From positions 10,809 through 74,808 of the forward strand of contig JAJXYT010000111.1 of assembly GCA_021780375.1 (NCBI GenBank): DNA of 64,000 bases, given 5' to 3'. The notes under the pieces are model-generated. The model saw only the letters and a program-made list of their open reading frames with translations. It searched no databases and was not told where the DNA came from. A program made the translations under genes and the position numbers. Source of the stretch: a bacterium. GTDB lineage: Bacteria; Verrucomicrobiota; Verrucomicrobiia; Limisphaerales; UBA11358. Below, one piece after another: positions 9,410 through 19,323 of this stretch (positions are counted from its first letter, which is position 1; each line of letters opens with the position of its first letter).

Positions 9410-10215
9410 GAGCCAAAATCGGCGTCCGTTCTTCGACGGCCGGGTCAGCTTTCACGCTGATCGAGTTGTTGGTGGTCATCGCCATCATCGCGATTCTGGC
9501 CGCCATGCTGTTGCCGGCGCTTTCACGGGCCAGGAGCAAGGCCGAGCAAATCTCTTGTCTCAATAACCTGAGGCAGATTGGAATTCTCATGCAACTCTAC
9601 ACCGACAGTCACAACGACATCTTCCCGGCACACCGCAATCAGGATATTAACAACAACAATGTCAATATCTCGATGACCAATTGGTGGGGCACCGCCTTGC
9701 TGGCCATGGCCAACAACTCGTCGCAAAGCAATCTCTTTCATTGTCCCGCCCTCAAAGGACGGAGGATCGATGCGGGAGTGGCCTGGTCGTGGAAGTTTGA
9801 TCCTCATTTTGTCGGTTACGGATATAACAATTATTTTCTTGGCTTGCACCCGTTCCTGGCTACCACCTTGCTGGTGGGCGGAATCCGTTTTGACACGGCG
9901 CCCGATTTCAAGCGAAGTTCCATCCACCGTCCCTCGCAGACACTTGAGATTGCCGACTGCATGCCGGCATCGGGCAACGCGGCTTCTTTGAACTGCTGGA
10001 GTTCAGATTGTTGGTGGCCGTATTCGTCCCACACCGGCCTTCAGGGCGTTGATACGTACCGGCATTTCGGGGTGGGAAACATTGTGTTCACCGATGCTCA
10101 TGCCGAGGCGCGCAAGGACGCAAATATCAACCCGCCTGTGGATCCGGCTTCGGCAACCGTCCAGGCACTGACCAACTGCCGATTTTGGGATCCGTTGCAG
10201 AGGTCCACTCGTTAG
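9406..10215 (+). CDS. DUF1559-type protein with prepilin N-terminal cleavage/methylation domain (pseudopilin-like)
   Basis: [26 protein letters not shown]...CLNNLRQIG, with C-terminal [17 protein letters not shown] start/stop overlap with the upstream gene. Confidence 0.85.
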   Translation: MRAKIGVRSSTAGSAFTLIELLVVIAIIAILAAMLLPALSRARSKAEQISCLNNLRQIGILMQLYTDSHNDIFPAHRNQDINNNNVNISMTNWWGTALLAMANNSSQSNLFHCPALKGRRIDAGVAWSWKFDPHFVGYGYNNYFLGLHPFLATTLLVGGIRFDTAPDFKRSSIHRPSQTLEIADCMPASGNAASLNCWSSDCWWPYSSHTGLQGVDTYRHFGVGNIVFTDAHAEARKDANINPPVDPASATVQALTNCRFWDPLQRSTR

Positions 10216-10248
10216 CCCTTTTTATTTTAACCAACCACCGTTAACCAC

Positions 10249-11775
10249 ATGAAGCGAATATACTCATTCATTATCCTCCTGCTGTTATCTCGCAGCGCGG
10301 TTTTCGCCCAGCTCGACCCCGGCAATCCGTTGTCCGGCCTCGAAAAACTCAAAGATTTCAAAACCATGCGCGCGTCGTCCACCGATCCCGACTGGCGCAA
10401 TGGCAACGGCGATTGCCGGTGGATCCGGGCGGGCGGCAGCCTGACCCTGGCGGAACTCAAAGGCCCCGGCGAAATCGTCCATTTCTGGTGCACCATCGCC
10501 GACCAGGAGCCGAATTACTCCCGGTTGCTCACCTTGCGCATTTATTGGGACGGCGAAACCAATGCCAGTGTCGAATGTCCGATTGGCGATTTCTTTGGCA
10601 TAGGCATGGGGGTTGACAAACCGTTCACCTCGCTGCCCGTCCGCGTGAGTTCCGACGGCCGTGGTCGCAATTGCTATTGGCCGATGCCGTTCCGAAAATC
10701 GGCCCGGATTGTCGTGACCAATGACGGCAAGAAACCATGCGACGCCTTTTACTACTACATCGACTGGCAGAAATTGAAGTCCTTGCCGGATGACAGCGCC
10801 TACTTCCACGCGATGTACCGGCAGGAGTTTCCGTGCGTGATGGGCCGGAATTATTTGATTGCGGATATCACGGGCCGCGGACAGTACGTCGGTACCGTAT
10901 TGAGCGTTTATCTGACTTCTCCGGGCTGGTTTGGCGAGGGAAACGATTACTTTTTTATCGACGGCGAAAAAGAGCCGAGTTTGCGCGGGACGGGAACGGA
11001 AGACTATTTTTGCGATGGCTGGGGTTTTCGTGAGCAGTCCGGCCCGTTCTATGGCACACCGCTTTGGGAAGGTTATGACACCGGTGATCGAGGCAGTGCT
11101 TATCGCTGGCATATTCCCGACCCGGTCACTTTCAAGAAATCGCTGCGTGTGGAAATCCAGCATCGAGGCTACCAGAAATTTCCTGACGGCAAGGAAACCG
11201 GTTACATCGAGCGCGATGATCTGATGTCCAGCGTGGCCTTCTGGTATCAAATCGGGCCGCACAAACCTTATCCGCCGTTGCCGCCCGGGCCGGAGCGATT
11301 GCCGTTCCGTGACCGGATTTTACTTAAAGGCTATGCGGCCGTGGCCACGGCGAAACATTCCGATGACCCGATGGAAGTGCAGCCTTTGGATGGCGTCACC
11401 GACGGCAAACAACTCTGGTTTCATCCCCACAATGACAAGGGGTGGGTGGAAGTCTCGTTCGAGAGTCCCACCAATCAAAGCATCGAATTGACCGCCAAAA
11501 TGGTGCATTCCTACGACTATGGGATTTATCGTGTGCTGCTCGACGGTGAACCGATTGCGGTCCTGGACCTTTACAACCCGGATATTGTTCCCACCGCGGA
11601 AAAACTGGGGATGCAGAAGCTGGCGGCGGGAACCCATACTCTGCGGTTCGAATGCGTGGGGAAGTCGCCCAAGTCAGCGGGATATTTTCTGGGGTTTGAT
11701 GCGTTGGTGGAGCGGATCCCGGCGTACTTCAGACCTCCAAGCGTTGACTTGCGTACGCTGCAAAAGCACAAGTGA
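10249..11775 (+). CDS. DUF2961 / GH172 family glycoside hydrolase with C-terminal CBM-like extension
   Basis: Signal peptide. Motifs DFFGIG, NCYWPMPF, FYYYIDWQ and RGTGTEDYFCDGW are typical of DUF2961. There are ~150 extra C-terminal residues. Confidence 0.8.
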   Translation: MKRIYSFIILLLLSRSAVFAQLDPGNPLSGLEKLKDFKTMRASSTDPDWRNGNGDCRWIRAGGSLTLAELKGPGEIVHFWCTIADQEPNYSRLLTLRIYWDGETNASVECPIGDFFGIGMGVDKPFTSLPVRVSSDGRGRNCYWPMPFRKSARIVVTNDGKKPCDAFYYYIDWQKLKSLPDDSAYFHAMYRQEFPCVMGRNYLIADITGRGQYVGTVLSVYLTSPGWFGEGNDYFFIDGEKEPSLRGTGTEDYFCDGWGFREQSGPFYGTPLWEGYDTGDRGSAYRWHIPDPVTFKKSLRVEIQHRGYQKFPDGKETGYIERDDLMSSVAFWYQIGPHKPYPPLPPGPERLPFRDRILLKGYAAVATAKHSDDPMEVQPLDGVTDGKQLWFHPHNDKGWVEVSFESPTNQSIELTAKMVHSYDYGIYRVLLDGEPIAVLDLYNPDIVPTAEKLGMQKLAAGTHTLRFECVGKSPKSAGYFLGFDALVERIPAYFRPPSVDLRTLQKHK

Positions 11776-11780
11776 TTCAT

Positions 11781-13016
11781 TTACTCCAGGCGAAACCGGC
11801 CTCTTGAGGACAGTTCCGCCTGCTTGCGATATTGTCCCGGTGTGATGCCCGTTTTCTGGGTGAAGACGGTGTGCAGATACTCGGCGTAGTTGAAGCCGGT
11901 CCTTTCGGCAATCTGCGCCAGATTCCAATCGGTGTCGGTCAGCAGTTGTTTGACTCGTTCCAGCCGCAACCGCAGTACCTCGGCTTTGGGCGACCGTCCC
12001 ATCTGCGCCACGAACCGCCGTTCAAAGACGCGCCGGCACAGACCCGTCACCTTGGCCACTTCCTTGATGGTGATGGGATCAAAGGCGTGATCCCGGATGA
12101 AACGCAATCCGACGGCCAACTGGCGGTCGTCCAGGGCCAGCACCTCGGTGGAACGGCGGGTGACAATTCCACGCGGAGGGATGTGGATGGATTTGGCCGG
12201 CGGTTTGCCGCCGGCCATCATCCGTTCGAGAAGAACCGCCGCATCATACCCGATCCGAAATGTATCCGGCACCACGCTGCTCAAAGGCGGGTCAGACAGT
12301 TCACAAAGAATCTCGTCATTGTCCATGCCAATGACCGCCACTTCTTCGGGCACCGCCAAACCCAGCTGGCGGCAAAGATTCAGGACATGCTGGCCGCGGA
12401 TGTCATTACACGCCATGACTCCGACGGGTTTGGGAAGCGAGACCAGCCAGCGACCGAGGTCTTCCTGAAATAGAAGACCTTTCTTTTCGTATTCGATGGT
12501 TTGCGCCGCCATCGTCCGTGTCGGCGGACGGTAGGCGTGACACTGGAACCCGGACTGGGCCAGTCGCTCCTGGAACCAACGGGAGCGCTTGTCTGAATAA
12601 TTCGCTCCGAGGAATCCACAGAACGCGTACTGTCGAAACCCCCGATTGATGAGATGTTCAGCCGCCAGATACGCCACCTTTTGGTCGTCGGTGTCAATCA
12701 GGGGGAAACCAAAACCGCTGACCGAGCCGCGCAAATCCACCGCCGGTACTTTGAGTCGTTTGATAAACGCGGCCATTTCCGTCGTTTCCACCCGGGCAAT
12801 GACGCCGTCCCCATCCCAATTCTTGAGCCAGCCTGGAAAGGAGTCGGTCCACTTCCATTCCTCGCTTTGCACCGACCATTCGTGGTGCTCACGCACAAAT
12901 TTGGCGATGCCGAGAAACAAACCCCGGCCATAAGCGCGCGATGATTCGATGAGTAATGCCACGCGCCGCCCACGCTTTCGAAAAATGCGTTCACGGAGAA
13001 GCTTCATGCCGTGCAC
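11781..13016 (-). CDS. XylR-like transcriptional regulator (periplasmic-binding-protein-like sugar-binding fold plus AraC-type HTH)
   Basis: N-terminus has a LacI/PBP-like core (VALLIESSRAYGRG..., ACNDIRG). The C-terminal AraC HTH is IKEVAKVTGLCRRVFERRF...LAQIAERTGFNYAEYLHTVFTQKTGITPGQYR. Confidence 0.85.
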   Translation of the reverse strand: MHGMKLLRERIFRKRGRRVALLIESSRAYGRGLFLGIAKFVREHHEWSVQSEEWKWTDSFPGWLKNWDGDGVIARVETTEMAAFIKRLKVPAVDLRGSVSGFGFPLIDTDDQKVAYLAAEHLINRGFRQYAFCGFLGANYSDKRSRWFQERLAQSGFQCHAYRPPTRTMAAQTIEYEKKGLLFQEDLGRWLVSLPKPVGVMACNDIRGQHVLNLCRQLGLAVPEEVAVIGMDNDEILCELSDPPLSSVVPDTFRIGYDAAVLLERMMAGGKPPAKSIHIPPRGIVTRRSTEVLALDDRQLAVGLRFIRDHAFDPITIKEVAKVTGLCRRVFERRFVAQMGRSPKAEVLRLRLERVKQLLTDTDWNLAQIAERTGFNYAEYLHTVFTQKTGITPGQYRKQAELSSRGRFRLE

Positions 13017-13190
13017 AGTTTAATTGAATACCGATTGCCAATCCCGTACGCCGCCGCGCCTGGAAAACGCGCGTGCGGGTGACCGGAATCTTAATGAATT
13101 CCGGGACAAGCCGCTAAAATATTTTACGCCAGCGGTCTTTGCTTCGGGCGTTTTTCTCAAAATCAAGGGTATTCACGACAATTCTTCCAT

Positions 13191-13232
13191 GTCGCAAAAG
13201 TTTAATGGAAAAAACGCGAAATCTCAATGACA
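13191..13232 (+). promoter_or_regulatory. promoter module copy 3 (no convincing -10 at the expected spacing)
   Basis: GTCGCAAAAGTTTAATGGAAAAAACGCGAAATCTCAATGACA. CAAAAG lies 17 nt downstream, where the other copies have TA.AAT. Confidence 0.55.
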
Positions 13233-13387
13233 ATCATTCCAAACTACGGCAAAAGAGCAACAAACCTTGGTTGCGGCGGGTGCTTGTTTCACTGGGTGAA
13301 TAAACTGAATAAAGATTTTTATCACGAAACGCTTGCCACTCTTATGGATGGCTCCTTGATTGCCGGATGGAAGTCGGTCTCAGTTCC

Positions 13388-13643
13388 ATGAACGTTCCTG
13401 AATCAAGAACCGAAAACCCAGGCGGCCACCTTGGTTTGCAGGAGCGGCATCACCAAGAGCTTTGGCAATGTGACGGTATGAAATGACGCGCAACTTGAAG
13501 TGCGCAGCCGTGAGGTTCACGTATTGGTCGGCGAAAGCGGGGCCGGCCAAAGCACGTCAATCAGGATTCTGGCCGGGGTTTACACGGAATTTGAAGGCCG
13601 GATTGAAATCGGCGGCCGGGAAGTCCGTCCGCGCCAAGACCAG
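13388..13643 (+). pseudogene. relic of the N-terminus of a sugar-type ABC transporter ATP-binding protein
   Basis: The frame reads ...[65 protein letters not shown]. There is an in-frame TGA at 13479-13481. The Walker A Lys is Gln (GESGAGQST vs GxxGxGKST). The only ATG (13388) is in another frame. Similarity stops at the GH116 start. Confidence 0.7.
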
Positions 13644-13645
13644 GT

Positions 13646-16600
13646 ATGCGAAAATGTAAATGCTCCGGCCCGTGTGCAGCTCCGGCCGGCGATCTGACCC
13701 GGCGCGAATTTCTAGCCATGATGGGCGCGGCGACGGGCGCGATGCTGGTGTCGGGTTCCGCGCGGGCCGTCTTTGAACTTCCCGAAAGCGACTGGAAACA
13801 ATGGCAGCAAACACTTTTTGAGACGGCGCCCTCTCGACGCTACCTCTCCCATGTCCATACGGATGCGAGGATGCATCTGGGCGGCATTGGCACCGGCAAT
13901 TTTGAAATCGGCGCGGATGGACAGTTGACGACCTGGCAGTTGTTCAACACGTTGCGAGACGGGCAGATTCCCTTTTATTTCTGTGTCAAGGCCGGCAAGG
14001 TGGCGAAACTTTTGCAGACGGCGGGCGGTCCGGATTGGCCCCGCGTCCAAAAAAACGAAATGACCGGCGAATATCCTCTGGCCAAACTGCTCTTCCAGGA
14101 TGGTGAATTGCCGGTGCAAGTCGAACTGGAGGCGTTCAGTCCGTTTGTCCCGTTGGACGCTGATACATCTTCGTTGCCGCTCGCGTTGTTCCATTTCCGG
14201 GTTCACAACCCGACCAGACAAGCGCAGGTGGTCTCACTCGGCGCCCTGCTCCTGAATCCCGTGGGCTATGACGCCAGCGGGGAAATCCATGGGAATTCGC
14301 ACCCGAACTTCGGCGGGAACGTGAACGAAGTTTACTCTGAAGATCAAACCACAGGCCTGTTTTTACGCGCCGAACCCGGCAATGAACCCACGCTGGACCG
14401 CACCCTTTGTCTCTATGTGCCGGATACCTTCCAGGAACTCAAATTGTTATCCTTTGACCGCCCTGAGAATCTGAAAATCAATATCCTCGACACCCAAACT
14501 TTGGCCACGCGCAACGTGGCGGATTCCAACGACGTCGTAATCTGGCTGGACGACACCTCGACCGCGATTACAGTGGCTTGGTTGCGTATGGTTTTTGAAA
14601 CTACGCGAGCGGGAGGCACTTTAATCTTCTCCGGTCGCACGATGCCGTTGTTAAGCGCCTATGCGACGGTTACCGGTGGCAAGCCGCTCGACCGGGCCGC
14701 CTTGCGGCCGGATGTTGTGTTCGAGGATTTCGAGCAGGGTTACTCCAAATGGACGGTGGCAGGCGAGGCGTTCGGGCGGGAACCGGCCCACGGCACCTTG
14801 CCCAACCAACAGCCGGTGTCCGGTTTTTCAGGCAAAGGTTTGGTTGACTCCCGCCTCGATGGCGATCAAACCACCGGCAAGCTCACCGGCCGGACTTTCA
14901 CCGTTGAGCGCAACTTTATCTGCTTTCGGGTCGGCGGTGGACATTACCGGACAACCGGGATTCGTCTCGTGGTCGGAGGCAACGTGGTCCGCGCCACGTC
15001 GGGCAAGGACGACGAGCAGCTTGAGCCGGCATTTTGGGATGTGCGAGAGTTTCTCGGCCGTTCCGCGCACATCGAAATCGTGGACAATCAAACCGATGGA
15101 TGGGGCCATATTAACATTGACCAGATTGTCTTTGCCGACTGGCCGGGTGACCGCGAACAGTTGGAATTATTGGACGAGTTGTTGCCGATCTGGTTCGAGG
15201 GAGTGCAAGAACAGCCGTCCAGGTCTGACGGCCTTGGTCAGGTTGCTTTTCAAAAGCTGGCACTGCGTCCGGGAACTCAGAGAACCAGCTTAAGGAATGA
15301 ATCCGTGGTGTTCACGCGCCGGATGGGTAACGGCCAGGTGGCCCTGGTTGCCGGCCAATTTCTGGATGCGGCCCGTCTTTATTCAATCCCGGCACGGCAG
15401 ATGGCCTATTCGATACTGTGTGAGCTGGCGGGCGCCAGGTATGTCGAGCAGGAAGGACAATCAGCGAAGGCGCCCGGCTTCGGGACGCTGTCTTTGGCGA
15501 CCACCGGTCCGAACGCGACTGGATTGGCCCATTTTGAGGAATGGACTGAAGCCTGGGACCTGTTTTCAAAGCAAGGACATTTTCTCGCAGCCGAGGCCGC
15601 CCGGCCGAATTCCCCTACCGCCGCCGGCAAAAGCGTTCAGGGTGCGCTGGCCACGACCATTTCGGTGCCGCCGGGTGGGACCGTCGAGATTCCTTTCTTT
15701 TTTGCCTGGCATTACCCGAACAGCTATTACCCGGAGACCGGAGAGCGGATTGGATGTCATTATGCGACCCGATGGACTGACGCCCGTGCGGTGATTCGTT
15801 CGGCGGTTGCGAATCATAAGTCCTTGCGCCAAAGAACCGAACTGTACCACAAGACTTTTTACGACAGTACCTTGCCTTACTGGCTGCTCGATTGTCTTAC
15901 GGCGAATTCAGGAATCATGCGTCATATCGGCGTCGTTTTCCGGATTGCCAATCACGACATTTACGGGTGGGAAGGATCCAATGGCTGTTGCACTCCCACC
16001 TGCACGCACGTTTGGGGTTACGAGCAGTCGCTCGCCCGACTTTTTCCAGATCTCGAAAGAGACCTGCGGCGGATTGACTTCAAACATCAGCAAAATCCTG
16101 ACGGCGGCATCAATAATCGCACCCTGGTGCCTTCGCCGCCTCATCCCACCGGGGAACACCCTTTTGCGGACGGCCACGCGAGCTGCGTGCTTAAGGCTTA
16201 TCGCGAGGCGCTGAATTCCACCGACGAATCGTTCTTCCGAGACTGCTGGCCACACGTGAAACGCGCAGTCGAGTATCTCATCCAACGTGATGCCAAAGCG
16301 GCGCACGGCCAGCCTCGGGGCATTTTGCAGGATGATCAATGGTGCACCTACGATGAAGCCTTGCATGGCGTCACCACTTTTATCAGCGGCTACTATCTGG
16401 CCGCATTAAGAGCCGGAGAAGAATGGGCGCGGCGCATGAATGACACGGCAACCGCCGGCCGTTTTCACGGCATTTTTGAGAAGGGACAAAGCAAGCTCGT
16501 CGAATGGTGCTGGAACGGAGAGTATTTTCAGCAACATCTTCCGGATTATCTGACCCGTCCGGGCGAAGTGGGACCGGGTTGCCTGTCCGATCAATTGCTC

Positions 16601-17395
16601 GGACAATGGTGGGCGCACCAACTGGGTCTTGGATATATTCTGCCCAAGGAGAAAGTGGTTTCCGCCTTGCGATCTATTTTCAAATACAACTTTAAATCGG
16701 ACCTGACGGGGTGGCGGTTTATGCCGCGCGCCTTCGCCGGGGCGAAGGACAAAGGACTTATGGTTTGCACCTGGCCCAAAGGCGGACGTCCTGCCGACGT
16801 GATGCTATATGCCGACGAGGTCTGGACCGGCATCGAATATCAGGTGGCGTCCCACATGATCTACGAGGGGCTACTGGAAGAAGGGCTGGGCGTTGCGAAG
16901 GGGGCGCGCGATCGTTATGACGGTGTTCCCCGCCCGCCCATGCCACGCAATCCCTGGAGCGAAATCGAATGCGGCGGTCATTACGCCCGCGCTATGTCTT
17001 CCTGGTCCCTGCTCCTGGCACTCTCGGGTTATCATTGCGACGGCCCGGGGTGCGTGCTTGGCTTTTCGCCACGATATAATCCCGACGATTTTAAATCATA
17101 CTTCTGCGCGCCGGAAGGCTGGGGCAACTTCACCCAAAGATTGGAGGGCGACGCTCAGCAAGTCCGGATTAACGTGAACTGGGGAATCGTGCGCGTGAAA
17201 ACCCTGTGTTTGGCGGCGGCAAATAATTCCAGGCCCGCAACGGTTGCCGTATTCGCCAACGGCGAGCGCAGGTCGGCAGATGTCCAGGTAAAGGATGGCA
17301 CTGTGAAAATTGACTTTGGGGAACCGTTGGTGGTTAAGGAGCGTGAAGAATTACAGATAACCATCTCTTACGGCAGGATGCGAAGCGCAGTTTAG
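13646..17395 (+). CDS. GH116-family glycoside hydrolase (GBA2-type beta-glucosidase-like) with Tat signal and a large lectin-like insertion
   Basis: Tat motif [17 protein letters not shown]. The GH116 N-domain block is [24 protein letters not shown]. The catalytic-domain block is [27 protein letters not shown]. The inserted DFEQGYSKW...GKLTGRTF...[11 protein letters not shown] segment is a concanavalin-like jelly roll. Confidence 0.8.
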   Translation: MRKCKCSGPCAAPAGDLTRREFLAMMGAATGAMLVSGSARAVFELPESDWKQWQQTLFETAPSRRYLSHVHTDARMHLGGIGTGNFEIGADGQLTTWQLFNTLRDGQIPFYFCVKAGKVAKLLQTAGGPDWPRVQKNEMTGEYPLAKLLFQDGELPVQVELEAFSPFVPLDADTSSLPLALFHFRVHNPTRQAQVVSLGALLLNPVGYDASGEIHGNSHPNFGGNVNEVYSEDQTTGLFLRAEPGNEPTLDRTLCLYVPDTFQELKLLSFDRPENLKINILDTQTLATRNVADSNDVVIWLDDTSTAITVAWLRMVFETTRAGGTLIFSGRTMPLLSAYATVTGGKPLDRAALRPDVVFEDFEQGYSKWTVAGEAFGREPAHGTLPNQQPVSGFSGKGLVDSRLDGDQTTGKLTGRTFTVERNFICFRVGGGHYRTTGIRLVVGGNVVRATSGKDDEQLEPAFWDVREFLGRSAHIEIVDNQTDGWGHINIDQIVFADWPGDREQLELLDELLPIWFEGVQEQPSRSDGLGQVAFQKLALRPGTQRTSLRNESVVFTRRMGNGQVALVAGQFLDAARLYSIPARQMAYSILCELAGARYVEQEGQSAKAPGFGTLSLATTGPNATGLAHFEEWTEAWDLFSKQGHFLAAEAARPNSPTAAGKSVQGALATTISVPPGGTVEIPFFFAWHYPNSYYPETGERIGCHYATRWTDARAVIRSAVANHKSLRQRTELYHKTFYDSTLPYWLLDCLTANSGIMRHIGVVFRIANHDIYGWEGSNGCCTPTCTHVWGYEQSLARLFPDLERDLRRIDFKHQQNPDGGINNRTLVPSPPHPTGEHPFADGHASCVLKAYREALNSTDESFFRDCWPHVKRAVEYLIQRDAKAAHGQPRGILQDDQWCTYDEALHGVTTFISGYYLAALRAGEEWARRMNDTATAGRFHGIFEKGQSKLVEWCWNGEYFQQHLPDYLTRPGEVGPGCLSDQLLGQWWAHQLGLGYILPKEKVVSALRSIFKYNFKSDLTGWRFMPRAFAGAKDKGLMVCTWPKGGRPADVMLYADEVWTGIEYQVASHMIYEGLLEEGLGVAKGARDRYDGVPRPPMPRNPWSEIECGGHYARAMSSWSLLLALSGYHCDGPGCVLGFSPRYNPDDFKSYFCAPEGWGNFTQRLEGDAQQVRINVNWGIVRVKTLCLAAANNSRPATVAVFANGERRSADVQVKDGTVKIDFGEPLVVKEREELQITISYGRMRSAV

Positions 17396-17421
17396 CCCGG
17401 TAACCAGAGGGTTTCGAGCTG

Positions 17422-17487
17422 GCTGCAAAATCTTAATGAAAGAAACGCGAACCCTCAATGACACGCACCAGCCTGTTCACTTAGAAT
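17422..17487 (+). promoter_or_regulatory. promoter module copy 4 (-35 ATGACA, 18 nt, -10 TAGAAT)
   Basis: GCTGCAAAATCTTAATGAAAGAAACGCGAACCCTCAATGACA, then TAGAAT at 17482-17487. Confidence 0.7.
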
Positions 17488-17535
17488 GGGTTTAATGGAA
17501 TTCGAGCCGTGGTGCGGGCAAAAGCAGAGGTACCC

Positions 17536-19278
17536 ATGAATATGACAGCGCCGGTTTACCACCGGGATCGCAAGTTTCGGCGATACCGTTATTTCAAAAC
17601 CAGCGCCTGGAGTGGAATCCTGGTTTGGTTCCTGAGCGCAACTATGTTGCTGGGGGACCAACTCTTCAGCCACCAGGTCCGACTGGATGATCAAGGCAAA
17701 CTCCTGAGCTGGGTTAATTCCGCTGCTCCCTATGACCAGATCCTGCGAACGGACTGGGCCATGTTCGAGAGCATTCCGGTCCAGCCCGATGGTTATCGGA
17801 CCTATTTTACTTATCCGGAATTCAACGGCCCCAATGATCCCTCGAAACCCCTCTTTGAGGGCCGTCCTTGGGCGCACAATCCGGCGGGAGTGTTCACCAT
17901 GCTTACCGATTCGGCCGTCCTCTATTATGCTTATAGCGGAGACGAGGTGGTCATGGATCGGGTTCGGGAGATGCTCGATCACATGCTGGAGGACGGGACC
18001 AGCAGTGTGACCGATTCCTGGGCCCAGGTCCCCTATGCCAGTTCGGATGCGGGCAATCCGGTTTATCGCGGCGGCACGGACACGATTTATTGTGACGGTC
18101 ACAAGCCCTGCGGGCGCGGCGATGGGCTGGGATACCTGGAACCGGACAAGGTTGGCGAACTCGGATGTGCCTACCTCCAATATTACGAATTTTCGCTGAA
18201 CAAGAAATATCTCCAGGCCGCCATACACTGCGCAGATGCGTTGGCGGGGCATGTGCGGCCGGGAGACGAGTCCCATTCGCCGTGGCCGTTTCGGGTCGAT
18301 GCCCTGACCGGCGCGCAGATTCGCGAGCAATACACCGCCAACACCATCGGGCCCATTCGCCTCTTCGACGAGCTTCTTCGCTTGCGGCAAGGCAATCAAA
18401 AAGCCTATGCCCGCGCCCGAAAAATGGCCTGGAAGTGGTTGATGAAGTATCCGATGGCAAACCAGATCTGGACACAATATTTCGAAGACGTGCAGATCTA
18501 CCCCAATTATCGCATCAACCGGAATCAATACTCGGCGCTGGAAACTGCTCGTTACCTGCTCCAGCACCCGGAAATGGACCCGCAAGCGCTCGCCCACGCG
18601 AAGGGGATTCTTGATTGGGTCACCCGTTTTTTTGGCAAAGATTCGAGGACTATGGCCGGACTTCGCGAAAAGGGGCTGCAATGGGGAGCGAGAGTCCTCT
18701 CCGAGCAGGTCAACGACATGGATAAAATGGCCAGCCACACCGCCCGCTACGCTTCGGTTTGTGCGCTTTATTACGCGGTCACCGGCGATCGCGACTACCG
18801 GGAACGGGCGTTCCGTTCCTTCAATTGGGCGACGTATGCCTCGCGTGAAGACGGACTGGTGATCGGAGGCGGGACGGATCCAGCCACCAGTTGCTGGTTT
18901 TCGGATGGCTATGGCGATTACCTGCGCCATTTTGAACGGGGCCTGGCCTGCGTGCCCGAATGGGCGCCGTCAAAGGAGCCGCATCTGCTGGGATCAACTT
19001 CGGTGGTACGCTCCGTTCATTATGGCAGCAACCGGATTGATTACCTGACGTTCGATGACCAGTCACGCGAAGTGCTGAAATTGTGCGAGCCACCGTCGGC
19101 CGTTCAGGCTGGCCATAAACTGTTGCACCGTGTCAATAATCTCCGGAGACACACCGAAGGCTACACCTCGGAACCGAGCAGGGGTGGCGGATTTGTGGTT
19201 CGCATTCAGCACAAGCGTTCGGGAAGCGTCTCGATCCAATTCGGAAGTACCGGGGCCGCGACCAGCTCCACAAAGTAA
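17536..19278 (+). CDS. hypothetical exported protein, paralogue of the N-terminal region of 6701..9409 (alpha/alpha-barrel-like)
   Basis: Shared blocks include STSVVRSVHYGSNRIDYLTFD vs [21 protein letters not shown] and LYYAYSGDE vs AYYQYSGDP. Start moved to ATG 17536 (GAGG 8 nt upstream) because the predicted -10 at 17482 leaves GTG 17509 very close to the transcription start. Confidence 0.7.
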   Translation: MNMTAPVYHRDRKFRRYRYFKTSAWSGILVWFLSATMLLGDQLFSHQVRLDDQGKLLSWVNSAAPYDQILRTDWAMFESIPVQPDGYRTYFTYPEFNGPNDPSKPLFEGRPWAHNPAGVFTMLTDSAVLYYAYSGDEVVMDRVREMLDHMLEDGTSSVTDSWAQVPYASSDAGNPVYRGGTDTIYCDGHKPCGRGDGLGYLEPDKVGELGCAYLQYYEFSLNKKYLQAAIHCADALAGHVRPGDESHSPWPFRVDALTGAQIREQYTANTIGPIRLFDELLRLRQGNQKAYARARKMAWKWLMKYPMANQIWTQYFEDVQIYPNYRINRNQYSALETARYLLQHPEMDPQALAHAKGILDWVTRFFGKDSRTMAGLREKGLQWGARVLSEQVNDMDKMASHTARYASVCALYYAVTGDRDYRERAFRSFNWATYASREDGLVIGGGTDPATSCWFSDGYGDYLRHFERGLACVPEWAPSKEPHLLGSTSVVRSVHYGSNRIDYLTFDDQSREVLKLCEPPSAVQAGHKLLHRVNNLRRHTEGYTSEPSRGGGFVVRIQHKRSGSVSIQFGSTGAATSSTK

Positions 19279-19323
19279 CAACCGAATTCTGAAAACGGGG
19301 ATGGAATGCGGGTTGGATAACCG

